A stretch of DNA of 64,000 bases from Leucoraja erinacea (taxonomy: Eukaryota), in the NCBI RefSeq assembly GCF_028641065.1, contig NC_073392.1, positions 24,800,001 through 24,864,000 on the forward strand, in the 5' to 3' direction. Positions 9,914 to 22,328 of the stretch are shown piece after piece. Within the stretch, counting starts at the first letter, position 1. Each line of letters starts with the position of its first letter. The notes under the pieces were generated by a model that was given only the letters and a program-made list of their open reading frames with translations, was not told where the DNA came from and searched no databases. Made by a program: the position numbers and the translations under genes.

Positions 9914-12900
9914 GTTAGACGGGCCGGGGTGGAGAGGTGGGCTGGGGATAAGGAATTGTTCCTTCCTTCCATAGTTAGTTAGTTAGTAAGTAAGGGAGGT
10001 GGGAGGGGGAAGAAGATGCGAGGGAAAGAGGACGGTGTGAGGCAGGGAGGGAGGGAGGGGGTGGTGGAGTGGGGGTCATGAGGTGGTTAATGAAGGGAGG
10101 GGGGGTTCTTGGTCCTCCAAAATATTCCAACTGGAATTTAAACTGGAGGTGGTGAAGGGAGGGCTTAAGCCAGAAAGGGTTATTGGGAAGAAAGAGCTAC
10201 TATAAATTTAGTTGCATCTGGTTGGGTAACTATAGTTGGGTGGAGATTATTCCATGCTTTAATTGTGCGGGGGGAAGAACGAATTGCTGTACACATCTGT
10301 CTTTGTAGCTGGGATCACAAATTGGATCGAATACCCTCGTCTGTTCCTAATTGGTTTGGGTTTGGTTTGGGGGTGGGGGCAGGATGAGGGGGCTGTGGAC
10401 TGTGTGAAGGAGGGATGACTGTGTGTGGGGAGGCTTGGTGGAGTTGGGAGAGGGGGTGATACAGTTGGGTATCGTCTGCGACTATTCTGACACAGCTAAT
10501 CCTGGCCAATCCCTCAGTTGTACGAAAAAAGCTCCCAGTGATTCCAGCCTTCCAATGACAGGGAGAAATTGCTTTCTAAAGATGTGTAGAAAGGAACTGC
10601 AGATGCTGGCTTATACCAAAGATAGACACAAAGTGCTGGAGTAACACAGCGGGTCAGGCAACATCTCTGGGGGAAAAAGGATAGGTGAGGTTTCAGATTG
10701 GGACCCTTCTTCAGACTGAAAGTAGAGGGCTGGGAACTGGAGGAAAGAAAAGGCCAGAATCCCTGCAATGTTCTGGCCTTTTCTAACCTCCGGTTCCCTT
10801 TCCTCTACGTTCAGTCTGAAGAAGGGACCCGACACAAAACGTTGCCCATCCATGTTCTCCAGAGATGCTGCCTGACCCGCTGAGTTTCTTCAGCACTTGC
10901 TTTCTATAATCGTTTGTGCTTTCATTTGTCTAGATGACTCGTGTTGAAGGTTTTGATTGCTGATGTGATTTATTTGAATCGTTCTCACCTTGCAGTTGGC
11001 AGAAGACATGGGCACGGATGAACATGTGAGGGTCACATCTCAGAAGAAACCAGGCTTCCTGGATCGTCTCGGCGAGACCACGGGGGGAATGCTGGTGGGA
11101 TTGGCAGCCTTCCTGCTCTCCTTCTACCTCCTCTTCACAAATGAAGTAAGAGTTTGGTTGAGGGCTAATCTCTAATCCATGTGCGGTGCTCTGTGTGGGG
11201 CACATTACAGTTCCTTGTGCTTATTCTACCCAAAGCAGAAAGTCCAGGAGTCGTCACCTCGAACGATGCCGAGAGTAGAGGGGATTTAAATCTCATACGC
11301 ACCAGGACTGGACCTGGGCAGTGTTCACCACTTTTGTAATCTACTTTGTTCCAGGGTGTTTGAGTTGACGAACCAGGCCCTGATGCAACCAGCCAATGTG
11401 CTCCACACCGTCTGTGTATCTTACCATCTCTTCACTTCTCATTTTATTTATTGTTGCCTGTATCATTAATGCACGTAGTTAAGGGGCCCCATATCTGAGG
11501 AAGGATATGGTGGCATTGGAAAGGGTCCAGAGGAGCTTTACGAGAATTATACCGGGGATGATTGGGTTAGCGTGTGAGGAGCATTTGTCGGCTCTGGGCC
11601 TGTATTCGCCGGAGTTTAAAAGGATGAGAGAGTTTCTCATTGCAATATTGAACAATGAGAGGCCTCGTGGATTGAATGTGGAGAGGATGTTTTCACTAGT
11701 GGGAGAATCTCAGACCAGAGGGTACAGCCTCAGAATAAAAGGATGTACCTTTAGAATGGAGATGAGGATTATTTTAGTAAGAGTGGGGAATTTAGGTAAA
11801 ATTGTAAATTGTCCCTAGCGTGTAGGATAGTGCTAGTATATTTGTACGCGTGATTCCTAGATGGCACGGACTCGGTGGTCCGAAGGGCCTGTTTCTGTGT
11901 TATTTCTAAAGTAATGTCTAAAGTCAAACAATTTTGATTTAATCTCCTGGTGTATCATGTCAACAAACAAATCTGTTGTCCATTTGGGAAGGGCTGGGCC
12001 ATTTATTGTGCTGAAGTAGCTATCTAAATGCAAGGACTTAGTGCTGGGTGCATGAGCTTTCTCTATTGCAGTGATGTCTTAGATGTGTCTGCTCTCCACA
12101 CAGGGAAGGTGTGTGCGGACACAGAAGTCCCTGGACGAGGGCCTCTCCCTCGTTGTCCACTTGAACGATATCTATAGCCCAACGCCGCTGAATGACGGGA
12201 AGCTGGTGCACTTGATTGGACCTCTCATGACGACACAGGTGAGTGGCCACCATTCTGTCCCCTGCGACTGATGGTTCGAATCCCAGACAGGATGGGGGTG
12301 GTATTCAGATAAGTGGAACAGATGCATGTTCCGAGGGCGTGTAGAGTAATGTAATGTTTGTCATGTCCCCCCTGGTTATCAGGGCTACACTGTTCTTATT
12401 CCTCAGGCATCTTCATGCCTGACCTCAACCTCTCACCCAAGTTCAACAGCCGCAGTCGAGACTCCAGTTGTGCCAGAGGCAAGTCTATCGACCTCTGAAC
12501 AGCCCACACTGATTCCTGGTTTAGTTCAGAGAAACAGCACAGCAACAGGCCCTTCGACCTACCGAGTCCATGCCGACCACCCTAGTTCACACTAGTTCTG
12601 TGTTATCCCACTTTCTCATCCATTCTCTACGCACTGGGTGTGTAGGAAGGAATTGCAGATAGACACAAAAAGCTGGAGCAACTCAGCGGGACAGGCAGCA
12701 ACCCTAGATAGGTATGGGTGATGTTTCTGGTCGAGGCCCTTCAGACTGAGAGTCGGAAGATGAAGACACCAAGATGAGGATGGTAAGGTGTGAAAAAAGG
12801 ACATCAAAGGAGATGGCGATCAAGGAAAATTTAGAATAGATCATTGTTGCCTTGGAGAAGTTGACAACGAAGCATGCAGAAAAAATTTAATCAGGCTGAC

Positions 12901-15498
12901 AGACTGGTCAGAGAACTGGGAAGAGGGAGGGAGGGAGAGAGAGAGAGAGAGAGAGAGGGGGGGAAAGCAAGGGTTACTTGAAATTAGAGAAGTCAATACT
13001 CAAACCGCTGGGGTGAAGCTGCCCAAGGCAACTCGGTGACCCCTGACTTTAATCGCTCCTGTCAGCGGTCATGCCGTAGGCTTTCTAAACTCTGGGCTCC
13101 GGTTATCCTTCCCTAATCCTCTCTCTTGCGCTCCTCGATTGAGATGTTCCTTAAAGCCCAGAGACACAAAGGACAGCAGATGCTGTAGCTAGTGTTATAG
13201 GCAACATCCCACTGAGTGGGATAGGCAACATCCCACAGGTCAGGACTCTTCTTCAGACTGGGTTTTTTAGATTAGATAAGTGTTAGTTCAGATAGGCATC
13301 CTTGTTGGCATGGACAAGGTGGGCCGAAGGGCCAGTTCTGTTGCTGTACTGCTTTATGTTGTTAAGGGCCTGTCCCACTTGCGCAACCTTTACAGGCTGT
13401 TGAAAATTCAGCGGTGACCAGAAAGACGCTACGACTCTTTGGAGACCTCTCACGACCATAGGAGACCTCTCACGACCATGCAGCCTAATCTGTTCACAGT
13501 TCCAGGTGCTGTGTAAATGCAGAGTGTTGTCACTCAGTGAATCTTGCTTTGTAGACTGTAATCCAAGTCGTTCCAGCAAGATGTCTTCCTGACGGCCGTT
13601 GTGTTTCTTTCTCCGCAGCCCCTTTACGATCCAAACTACGGCATCTCGCTCCACGTGGTGAAGCTGCAGCGGCGGGTCGAGATGTACCAGTGGGTGGAAT
13701 ATGGCGACTCGAGGTTGGTAGGTGGGGGAGGGGGCGATCGGTGACGGGTGGGGAGAGCGGGGGTGATGGGCGGGGTCTGTGACGCGAGGCTTCCACTGCA
13801 CCAGCTGGGGGTGCAGTGGGAGGGCAGGGGCGGGCTGATCAGTTTGAGTACTAAACGCATCGTTCATACTCCAGGCAGTCGTAGGGCACTCTCCACCCAA
13901 TCAGATGTGGTGACTTTGTGCGTGGGAAATCGTGTCACTAATCTGCGTGTCTTTGAAGGATTGATGTGGGCAAGACAGTATTTACGTGGACTTCACCAAG
14001 TGCTGTGCTAGAATGTAGAACAAAGATCAAAACTGCACAGCCTTCGGCCCATAATGTCAATATAAACTACTCATCTGCATTGTTTGATGTTCCTCAGAAG
14101 TTGTTCTTATTATTGCCACATGCATTAAGGTACAGCGAACAACTGTACTGCGTCCTATCCAGATAAAGACTTCAAGAGAGTTTATTGTCATGTGTCCCTG
14201 ATAGGACAACAACATTCTTGCTTTGCTTTAGCACACCAGAACATAGTAGTACCCATACATGAATATAATCATATCTATCTATCTAAAGGATCTATCTATA
14301 AGAACATAGAAAACAGCGTAGGAACATGCCCAGATCCCTCCCTCCAGCTTTACATTTCACTCCTCATCTGACACCCTTTTGTCTCTTTTTCATCTCCAGC
14401 CTTTGTCACTTACTTCACCCATCTGCCTAACACCCCTCACCTGTATCCACCTATCACTCACCAGCCTCTTTGTTTCCCCTCCCCACCTCATTAACAGCTT
14501 TCCTCCCCCACTACTCCATCAGCCTGAAGAAAGGCTCCAACCCGAAACGCCGTCTGTCCATTCCCTCCACAGATGCTGCCTGACCCGCTAAGTTCCCCCA
14601 GCACTTTGTGTTTAGCCCACACGCGAGTGGAAAAAGAAAGGAAACAGTACAGTTTAAAGTTAGAGCAGCAGGGAAAGTGCAGGTTTTAAAAAAAAGTGTA
14701 GGGGGGGGCGTGTAAGGTAGATTGGGTGATCGGGAATGCATCCTTAGCTTAAGATGTTTTGGTTTTATAACTTGGAGATCCCAGGTGAGAGCTGAGTTTT
14801 AATCACTCCAATTTTATCCTAGGGATTACGAAGAGAATGGTGAAAAGAAGACAGAGACCCGCTATTCGTACGGTAAGTCCCATTTTCTCTGGCTTATGGG
14901 ACGTGGGCAATGGCTGAAGGGCGAGAGCTGACTGACCGATGAGTGGGGTGGCTGTTTCAGAGGGCAGTTCAAGATCTGCCTTGAAGCTGTGGCCTGGAGT
15001 CACATACACTGGCCCTGGTTAGGAGACACAAGGCATTTACAGTGGCACAGTGGCGTTGCGGCAGAGCTGCTGCCTCACAGACCCAGTTTCAATCCTAACT
15101 ACGAGTGCTGTGTCTGTGGAGTTTGCACGTTCTCTCTGTGACCGCCTGGGTTTTCTACGGGTGCTCTGGATTCCTCCCACATCCAAAAGATGGGTAGGTA
15201 GGTCTGTAGGTTAATTGGCTTCTATCAATTGTCCCTCGAGTGTTGGATAGTGCTGGTATATGGGTGATTGCTGGCGGTGCAGACTTGGTGAGGCCCTGGT
15301 CTGGTGTCACGTACTTCAGGTGAGGATGGCAGATTTCTTCCCTGGGAGACATCAGCAAACCAGATGGATTTGCAAAACAATCGTGCAGTTTCATAATCAC
15401 CCCGTTTACTCCTCACCTCTAGCCTCTGTCACTATCTCCACCCATTACGGTATGAGCATTGAATCCTCTAATTTCGTAATACCCTCTCTAAACCTCCC

Positions 15499-15535
<37 letters not shown>

Positions 15536-17353
15536 ACTCTTTCCGTTATCTCACCCCAACCCACATCCTGGTGTACACGCAACTCCCCCGCCATTCCCAC
15601 CACGAGCCACCATGTTCTTTTCCCCTCCTATGTACGCTCATTTCCCCATCCAGAATCCCGTTTCCTTTTACCCCCCCCCCCTTCCACCCATATCGCTCCC
15701 TCCTGCTTTACGTTTCACTCCCCATCGTCTCTCCTTATCTGACACCCTTTTGTCTTTTTACTTCCATCCTTTGCCTGTCCAGGCTCTCCACAGATGCTGC
15801 TTGACCCGTTGAGTTCCGCCAGCACTTTGTGTTCCGCTCAAGATCCCTGCGTTTGCAGTTCCTTGTGTCTCTCCACTATCTCTTGTCCTCTTCTCTTGTT
15901 CTTCAGATACCGAGTGGAAGTCTGAGGTTGTCAGCAGTAGGAACTTTGATCGGGAAGTTGGACACAAGAATCCAAGGTAAGGATGTGGTACATTTAGTTT
16001 AAGTAATTAGATTTGAGTATAGCAATGGGAAGGTCATGTTGCAGTTGTATAGGACAATGCTGAGGACACATTTTAGAGTATTGTGCTCAGTTTTGGGCAC
16101 CACAGATGTTTCGGAAGGAACTGCAGATGCTGGTGTTGCTTGAAAGAGTGCAGAGAAGATTTATCAGGATGTTGCCAGGACCCGAGGGCCTGAGCAATAG
16201 GGAGAGGTTGAGCAGCTTAGGACTATTCCCCAGAGCACAGGAGGATGAGGGGTGATCTTATAGAGGTGTATAAAATCATGAAGGGAATAGATCGGTAAAA
16301 GTCTCATAGGGGAATCGAGAACTAGAGGACATAGGTTTAAGGTGAGGGTGGAGAAATATTTAATTGGAACCCGAAGGGTAACAAAGGGTGGTGGGTGTAT
16401 GGAACGAGGTAGTTGAGGCAGGTAGTATCGCAGCATTTAAGAAACATTTAGACAGGTACACAGATAGGATAGATATAGAGGGATATGGGCCAAGCGCAGG
16501 CAGGTGGGACTAGTGTAGATGGAGCATGTTGGTCGGTGTGGGCAAGTTGGGCCGAAGGGCCTGTTTCCACATTAAGACTGTGATTCCATGACTAATAGAA
16601 GCTGTGTTGAGTGATGGGACCAGTTGACCAAAATAGTGGAGAGTTGGACAACCCAACACTGGGAATCTTGCAAGTTCCCAATCCTTGGGTACAGTGAGTC
16701 CCCCGAAGTGACATCTCTCCCTGACCAGTGATGGTGTGAGGATGGACGTAACAAGCTGGAAGTTCCCTGGACATTCAGAAAGCTGGAGGAGAACTTGTGG
16801 TGTTCAAGACTCGGCTGTGGGGTGTTAAATTAAAGTAACGGGTAGAAGGTATAGGAAGGATGTGACCACAAAATGTAATTGCTGCACAGGGTAGAGGATT
16901 CTAAAGGTAAGAGGGCACAGTTTTAGACTTTGGCGAAACAGCACACAGAGCCTGCGCTGACCAGTGATCACGTGGTGCACTAGCACTATCCTACACACAC
17001 CGGGGGCAATTTACTACAAACCTGCATGTCTGGGATGTGGGAGGAAACTGGAACACCCAGAGAAAACTCATGTGGTCACAGGGAGAACATGCAAACTCCA
17101 TACAGACAGCCCCCGTAGCCAGGATCGAACCTGGGTCTTTGGCGTCACTGCGCTGCCCTGAAGTGCAAGTTGATAAGTTCAGGGTGTTGATGGCTGTCTT
17201 TTCATCAGCTGTCGACCACAAAACCCTTTGGTTGTTCTTCCCCTCCCAGTTCCATGGCCGTTGAATCGCTCACAGTGGTGGCTCCTGTCGTTAACCTGGG
17301 CAACTTCTACCTCTCCAAAGGTGAGCACTGTTCTAATTCTGGTGACGAAAGCA

Positions 17354-17386
<33 letters not shown>

Positions 17387-20261
17387 GGAAGTCTAGGAAA
17401 TGGAGCAAAATCTGGTCACAGACCGGGAGGGAGGGTGCAAGGTTTAGGAATGGTGGCACAAGAACTGTAGGAAAGCAGGAGTAGGCCCATCAAGCCTGCC
17501 CGGTCCATCACTGGTACTGACCTCCCTACCGTCAAAGGCATCTACAGGAGGCGCTGCCTCAGAAAGGCAGCCGGCATCATCACAGACCCACACCATCCTG
17601 GCCACGCTCTCATCTCGCTGCTACCGTCGGGAAGAAGGTACAGGAGCCTGAAAACCGTGACCTCCAGGTTGAAGAACAGGTGGGGCTTGGGCAAGTTGGG
17701 CCTGTTTCCATGTTGTGTGATTCTATAACAGGGTTCCTGCAACTGACAGCCACCCATTGTACTTCACACTAACCACAACTCTATCTTGGCAACGAACCAC
17801 TATGGACTTTGCACTACTGAACCGTCCTCTCACTAACCAGAGAGCGGTGCTGATCTCCCAGCTACCTCACTGGAGATCTTTGAACTCCTTTAATCGGACA
17901 TTGTCTTGCACTAAATATTGCAGCCTTTAGTCTTTACCTGTACACTGTGGAAGGTTTGATTGTATTAATGTATTCAAAACCATTCATTGAATTGATTAAA
18001 AGATACAACACGGAAAAAGGCCCTTCGGCCCACTGAGTCCATGCTGACTACATCGATCTGTGTGATACAATCATATATAGTCTTTTCTTTGACTGGATAG
18101 TCAAGTCAAGTCACATTTATTTATATAGCACATTTAAAAAACAACTCTCGTTGGATAAAGTGCTTTACATTTGTTATAAGAATAGCATAAACAAACAAAC
18201 TACATACATATAGCCCTGGCTCAGTGGACGTCAGGAAAGGCTTGGGAATATAGATAAGTTTTTAGTCTTGACTTAAAGGAGTCGATGGAGGGGGCAGCTC
18301 TGATGGGAAAGGGGATGCTGTTCCACAGTCTAGGAGCTGCAACCGCAAAGGCACGGTCGCCCCTAAGCTTATGCCTAGATCGCGGGATATTCAGCAGCCC
18401 CAAGTCGGTCGATCTGGGGGACCTGGAGGATAGCACGCAACAAAATATTTTCACTGTACACATGACAATAATAAACTAAACACTGTTGTTGCTCTATGTA
18501 CTTTGATTTTTGTACGATCATAGTCTGGTTTACTGATAATTTAAAATATATATTTGTTGAATTGCTGCAATTAATGTGCCTGCAAATCTGCGGGAGCAAG
18601 TAAGAATTCCATTGTTCTGGTCTGTTAAATAGATGGTTCAACTCTCTTCTTGTTACCTTTCAGGACTAATTGAGAAAATTCAGAGCTTTAAGAAGATGCC
18701 ACTGAGCAAGTTTGAGGCCCCCCATGCGGATATCACTGTGCTGGATGATTACTTCTACCACAGCAGAAACCCCAGGAGCCCAGAGGTAAGCAGCTAATCG
18801 CTCTGGCACGCACCGCGAATGGGGGACAATGCCCTGTTGACGGGATCTCACTGTACCTGTGTTGGGGCCGCTGCCTCACAGCGCCAGTGACCTGGGTTTC
18901 GATCCTGACCTCGGGTGCTGTCTGTGTGTGGAGTTTGCACGTTCCCCTCTGACTGCGTGGGTTTCCTCCGGGTGATCCGGTTTCCTCCCACATCCCACGC
19001 CCCATGTGTGAGGGGAGTGGATGAGAAAGTGGGATAACATAACAGCAGTGATATACGGGTGACACATGGTCGGCGTGGACTCGGGGGGGGGGGGGGGGGG
19101 GGGGGGGCCTGTTTCCATGCTGTATCTTTCAATCAATATGATGTTTTTGAAAAGACCATCCCTATATCCACCTCTGACTGCCCATGACCCTGCCTGCCAC
19201 TTGTGGCAGCAATCTTGGTGAAAGTCAGCTGTGGGCTCATTGAAGGCTGGCATGGATTTGAAGGGCTGCATGATCTCTGTCTGCTCCCAAGCTAAGAGGC
19301 TGTCGACAACTTGGATGCAGTTTGTGGTGTGGGGAAGCTGCCTAACGTGCGGGGGGGGGGGGGGGGGGACCTCTGCTTGGGGAGCGAGTGGGGACGGGGC
19401 AGTGAGGGAGGGCAGGAGAGTGAGGGGGAAGTGCGAGGGGGGGGGGACGGGTGGTGGAAGCTTGGTCAGGAGGGGAGACGTGGTGGTGGGATGATCAGTG
19501 CCATCTGCTGCAAACTGCTGCTCTCCTTTCCCCAGGTTGGGGATGTCCGTGTGTCCTTCCATTACGCAGGGCTGAGCGGTCAGTGGTCTTTCCTGGGACC
19601 GCCCTACACGGTAAGCCTGACTATGAACCTCCCCCATCCTCCGTATGCCCCTCCCTCCCCCGTGTCTCTCTCCCTATCCCTCCCCCCCCCCCCCCCCCCC
19701 CCGTATCTCTCTTCCCCCCCCCCCCCGTGTATGTGTGTCTCTCTCCCCGTTTGTGTGTCTCTCTCCATGTCGCTGTCTCTCTCCCTCCCCGTGTGTCTCC
19801 CTCCTCGTGTGTGTCTCTCCCTCTACCCCCCCCCCCCCCCCCCCCCGTCATTCTCTCTCCCCCCTTGTCTCTCTCTCCCCCCTTGTCTCTCTCTCCCCCC
19901 TTGTCTCTCTCTCCCCCCTTGTGTCTCTCTCTCCCCCTGAACCGTGGCCTGAGTGTTGTTGTGTGTGTGTACTTGTCCACAGGTGACGGTAGTGGCTCGC
20001 CAGCAGACCAACGCTCTGGCCGCCTACTCCACGCGGGCGGGGAACCATCTGGAAATCCTGTACGAGGAGCAGCTCTCAGCCACGGTCAGTGAAAGCACGG
20101 TTACCGGCCCTGTCATGCGTGTGTGTGTGTGTGTGTGTGTGCCACCGGCGGCAGAACCCCCCCACCACCCCAGCTCTCCTCCCCATCCCCAACCCTCCCC
20201 TCCATCACTGACTCCCCCCCGTCACTGTCTCCATCTACCCCTCATCACCATCCCCTCGTGT

Positions 20262-20305
<44 letters not shown>

Positions 20306-22328
20306 TGGCAGGGCTAAACCATGTGGGGGGGGGGGGGGGGGAAGAGAGAGTCATATCGTAGCGTCACACAGCACGGAAACAGACACTTCAGCCCAACTCG
20401 TCCATGAAATCCAAGATGCCCCATCTATACTCATCCCACCTGCCTGCATTTGCCACGTATCCTTCTAAACATTTCCTATCCATTTACTTGTCCAAGTGTC
20501 TTTTGAATGCTGTGATAGTATCTGCCACAACTACCGCTTCTGGCAGCTTGTTCCATACACCCACCACCCTCCACCCTCCACCCTCTGTGTGAAACAGTTG
20601 CCTATCAGGTTCCTATTACATCTTTCCCCTCTCACCTTAAACCGATGTCCTCTGGTTCTTGATTCCCGTAACCTGGGTAACAGACTGTGCATTATTTCCC
20701 CTATCTATTCCCCTCATTAATTTATAAACATTGATCACGTCACCCCCGGCCTCCTTTCCCAGTTTAATGACGGTTCCTGTATCAGCTCTACACTGAGCTG
20801 CATATGTGGTTTGACCAATGTCGAGTACAGCTTAGTGTAATTTGGAGATACAGTGTGGAAACAAGCACCGACCCACCGAGTCCACGCTGACCAACGACAC
20901 CCCATACACGAGCGCTGTCCTACACACTAGGGACCATCTAGAGGCTCCCTGCGCTGGGCTGTGTGACTCTCTCTCTCTCTCTGTGTTGCAGGAGGTGTTT
21001 GAGAGGGAACACGCGGCCAACTCCACGCTGACCTGGGCACTGCGAATCGCCGGCTGGCTGCTCATGTTCGTCGGCCTCAAGCTGATGGTCCGTATCCTGC
21101 ACACTCTGGGTGAGTCTCTCCCTCTCGCCTAGGGTCTCGACCCCAAAAGTCACCCATTCCTTCTCTCCAGAAATGCTGCCTGTCCCGCTGAGTTCCTCGA
21201 GCTCTTTGTGTCTATCTTCTATGCCTCTCATAATTTTATATACTTCTAACAAGTCTCGCCTCAACATCTGACGTTCCAGAGATACAATTAATCTCTTGCT
21301 CAGTTAAACACAGTGCAGGAGGCGGCGGCTCTGAGCACTGGACCTTGTCCCGGCATTTACTGAGACTGGCAATCAGCATTACTGCAGTGCTGGGTGTCAG
21401 GGAGGAGCACAAATCTCTGGAAACTCAGCAGGTCAGGCAGCATCTATGGGGAGAGAAAGGGTGAACGTTTCAGGATGCAGATTCCCCACCAGATTAAGGA
21501 AGGAGAACAATTTCTGACCTGAACATGATGCCAAAAGCAACTCTTATCTACCTGCACATAATTCATATCCCTCCACTCCCTGCATGTCCAGGTACATAGA
21601 TAGGATAGGTTTAGATGGATACGGGCCACACACTTCCGACCTAAAAGCCTCTTCTGAGAAAAAATAGTTTTGTTGCAGAGATCCTTCCATAAGCTAGGGT
21701 ACTGTCTGATTCACCTCTACCCCATTGTGGACTTGTCTCTATAACTGATGTATTACTATGCACTCTGTATCTTCCCCTTTGCTGTACCTATTGTACTTGG
21801 GTTTGGCTTGATTGTTTATATGTATACTATTATCTGATCCATTTTGATAGCATGCAAATCAAAACTTTCCACTGTACCTCAGTACACGAGACAATGATAA
21901 ACCTAAACCTTCAGACATTCCTGGAACTGCAGATACTGATTTATACCAAAGATAGCACTTCAGCACTTTGTAACTATCTTCAGGTTTGTAGGTTAATGTG
22001 CTTCTGTACATTGTCCCTAAAGTGTAGGTAGAACTAGTGTACAGGGTGATCATTGGTCGGTGCGGGCTGCAGGGCCTGTTTGCAGCTGTAACTAAACTAA
22101 ACCCTTCTCTGTATCTGCTCCCTTGCAGTGGACTGGCTGCCGATTGTCCGTGACCTGGTCAGCCTGGGCCTGACGGTCTTTGCACTGTGCGTGGCCACCT
22201 CGCTGAGCTTGCTGACGGTGGCCGTGGGCTGGGTCTTCTACCGACCGCTGCTGGCTCTGCTGTTGACGTTGCTGGCTCTCCTCCCCATGCTGATGGCGAA
22301 AGCCCGTGACCGGCCCAAGACCTTGTGA
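9899..22328 (+). CDS. TMEM43: TMEM43/LUMA inner nuclear membrane protein, 12 coding exons, 400 aa
   Basis: Exons of 15,150,135,95,50,70,71,122,75,102,118,200 nt sum to 1203 nt in frame. Motifs [60 protein letters not shown]. Confidence 0.97.
10106..10370 (-). mobile_element. LINE RT C-terminal fragment (CR1/L2 group, Daphne/Crack-like)
   Basis: Minus-strand translation [33 protein letters not shown] with a 1-nt slip in a C run. Confidence 0.7.
10584..10900. mobile_element. Penelope-derived fold-back element (~130-bp arms)
   Basis: ~10630-10759 is the reverse complement of ~10771-10899. Confidence 0.8.
10996..11145 (+). CDS. TMEM43: TMEM43 exon 2
   Basis: tgcag|TTG ... AAT GAA|gtaaga. Confidence 0.95.
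11488..11770 (+). mobile_element. CR1 LINE fragment
   Basis: [20 protein letters not shown]...RGYSLRIKG. Confidence 0.88.
12104..12238 (+). CDS. TMEM43: TMEM43 exon 3
   Basis: cacag|GGA AGG ... ACA CAG|gtgagt; [18 protein letters not shown]. Confidence 0.95.
12640..13031 (-). mobile_element. Penelope-like element 3' end
   Basis: Same endonuclease C-terminal tail ([14 protein letters not shown]) and 3' repeat as 52450-53050. Confidence 0.75.
13365..13480 (+). mobile_element. PIF/Harbinger MITE fragment
   Basis: TTA|AGGGCCTGTCCCACTT terminus as at 42681; 20-bp tandem GGAGACCTCTCACGACCAT. Confidence 0.55.
13619..13713 (+). CDS. TMEM43: TMEM43 exon 4
   Basis: cgcag|CCC CTT TAC GAT ... TCG AG|gttggt; [28 protein letters not shown]. 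Confidence 0.95.
14823..14872 (+). CDS. TMEM43: TMEM43 exon 5
   Basis: cctag|G GAT TAC ... TAC G|gtaagt; [16 protein letters not shown]. Confidence 0.95.
15042..15295 (+). mobile_element. tRNA-derived V-SINE (HE1-like)
   Basis: Degenerate Pol III A/B boxes followed by the V-domain GGAGTTTGCACGTTCTC...GGGTTTTC...TTCCTCCCACATCC. Confidence 0.8.
15907..15976 (+). CDS. TMEM43: TMEM43 exon 6
   Basis: ttcag|AT ACC GAG TGG ... CCA AG|gtaagg; [22 protein letters not shown]. Confidence 0.95.
16030..16590 (+). mobile_element. CR1 LINE 3' end
   Basis: Degenerate RT tail and 3' UTR ending GGGCCGAAGGGCCTGTTTCC. Confidence 0.85.
17250..17320 (+). CDS. TMEM43: TMEM43 exon 7
   Basis: cccag|T TCC ATG ... 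AAA G|gtgagc; [12 protein letters not shown]. Confidence 0.95.
17510..17680 (+). mobile_element. Rex1/Babar LINE 3' fragment (related copies ~24480-24700, 35870-36050, 51055-51180)
   Basis: [34 protein letters not shown]. Confidence 0.85.
18101..18427 (-). mobile_element. L2 LINE 3' end with (TTGAC)n tail and GGATAG TSD
   Basis: [47 protein letters not shown]; GGATAG at 18095-18100 and 18428-18433. Confidence 0.9.
18664..18785 (+). CDS. TMEM43: TMEM43 exon 8
   Basis: ttcag|GA CTA ATT ... CCA GAG|gtaagc; [13 protein letters not shown]. Confidence 0.95.
19536..19610 (+). CDS. TMEM43: TMEM43 exon 9
   Basis: cccag|GTT GGG GAT ... TAC ACG|gtaagc; [15 protein letters not shown]. Confidence 0.95.
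19850..19940. repeat. 18-bp tandem repeat (CTCTCTCCCCCCTTGTCT) x4
   Basis: Directly visible in TMEM43 intron 9. Confidence 0.85.
19983..20084 (+). CDS. TMEM43: TMEM43 exon 10
   Basis: cacag|GTG ACG GTA ... GCC ACG|gtcagt; VTVVARQ. Confidence 0.95.
20992..21109 (+). CDS. TMEM43: TMEM43 exon 11
   Basis: tgcag|GAG GTG TTT ... CTG G|gtgagt; [16 protein letters not shown]. Confidence 0.95.
22129..22328 (+). CDS. TMEM43: TMEM43 exon 12 (last two TM helices, stop TGA)
   Basis: tgcag|TG GAC TGG ... ACC TTG TGA. Confidence 0.95.

Noticed and set aside
15042-15110. tRNA-like sequences at SINE heads
   Set aside because: Followed by the V-SINE body and no full cloverleaf; not tRNA genes
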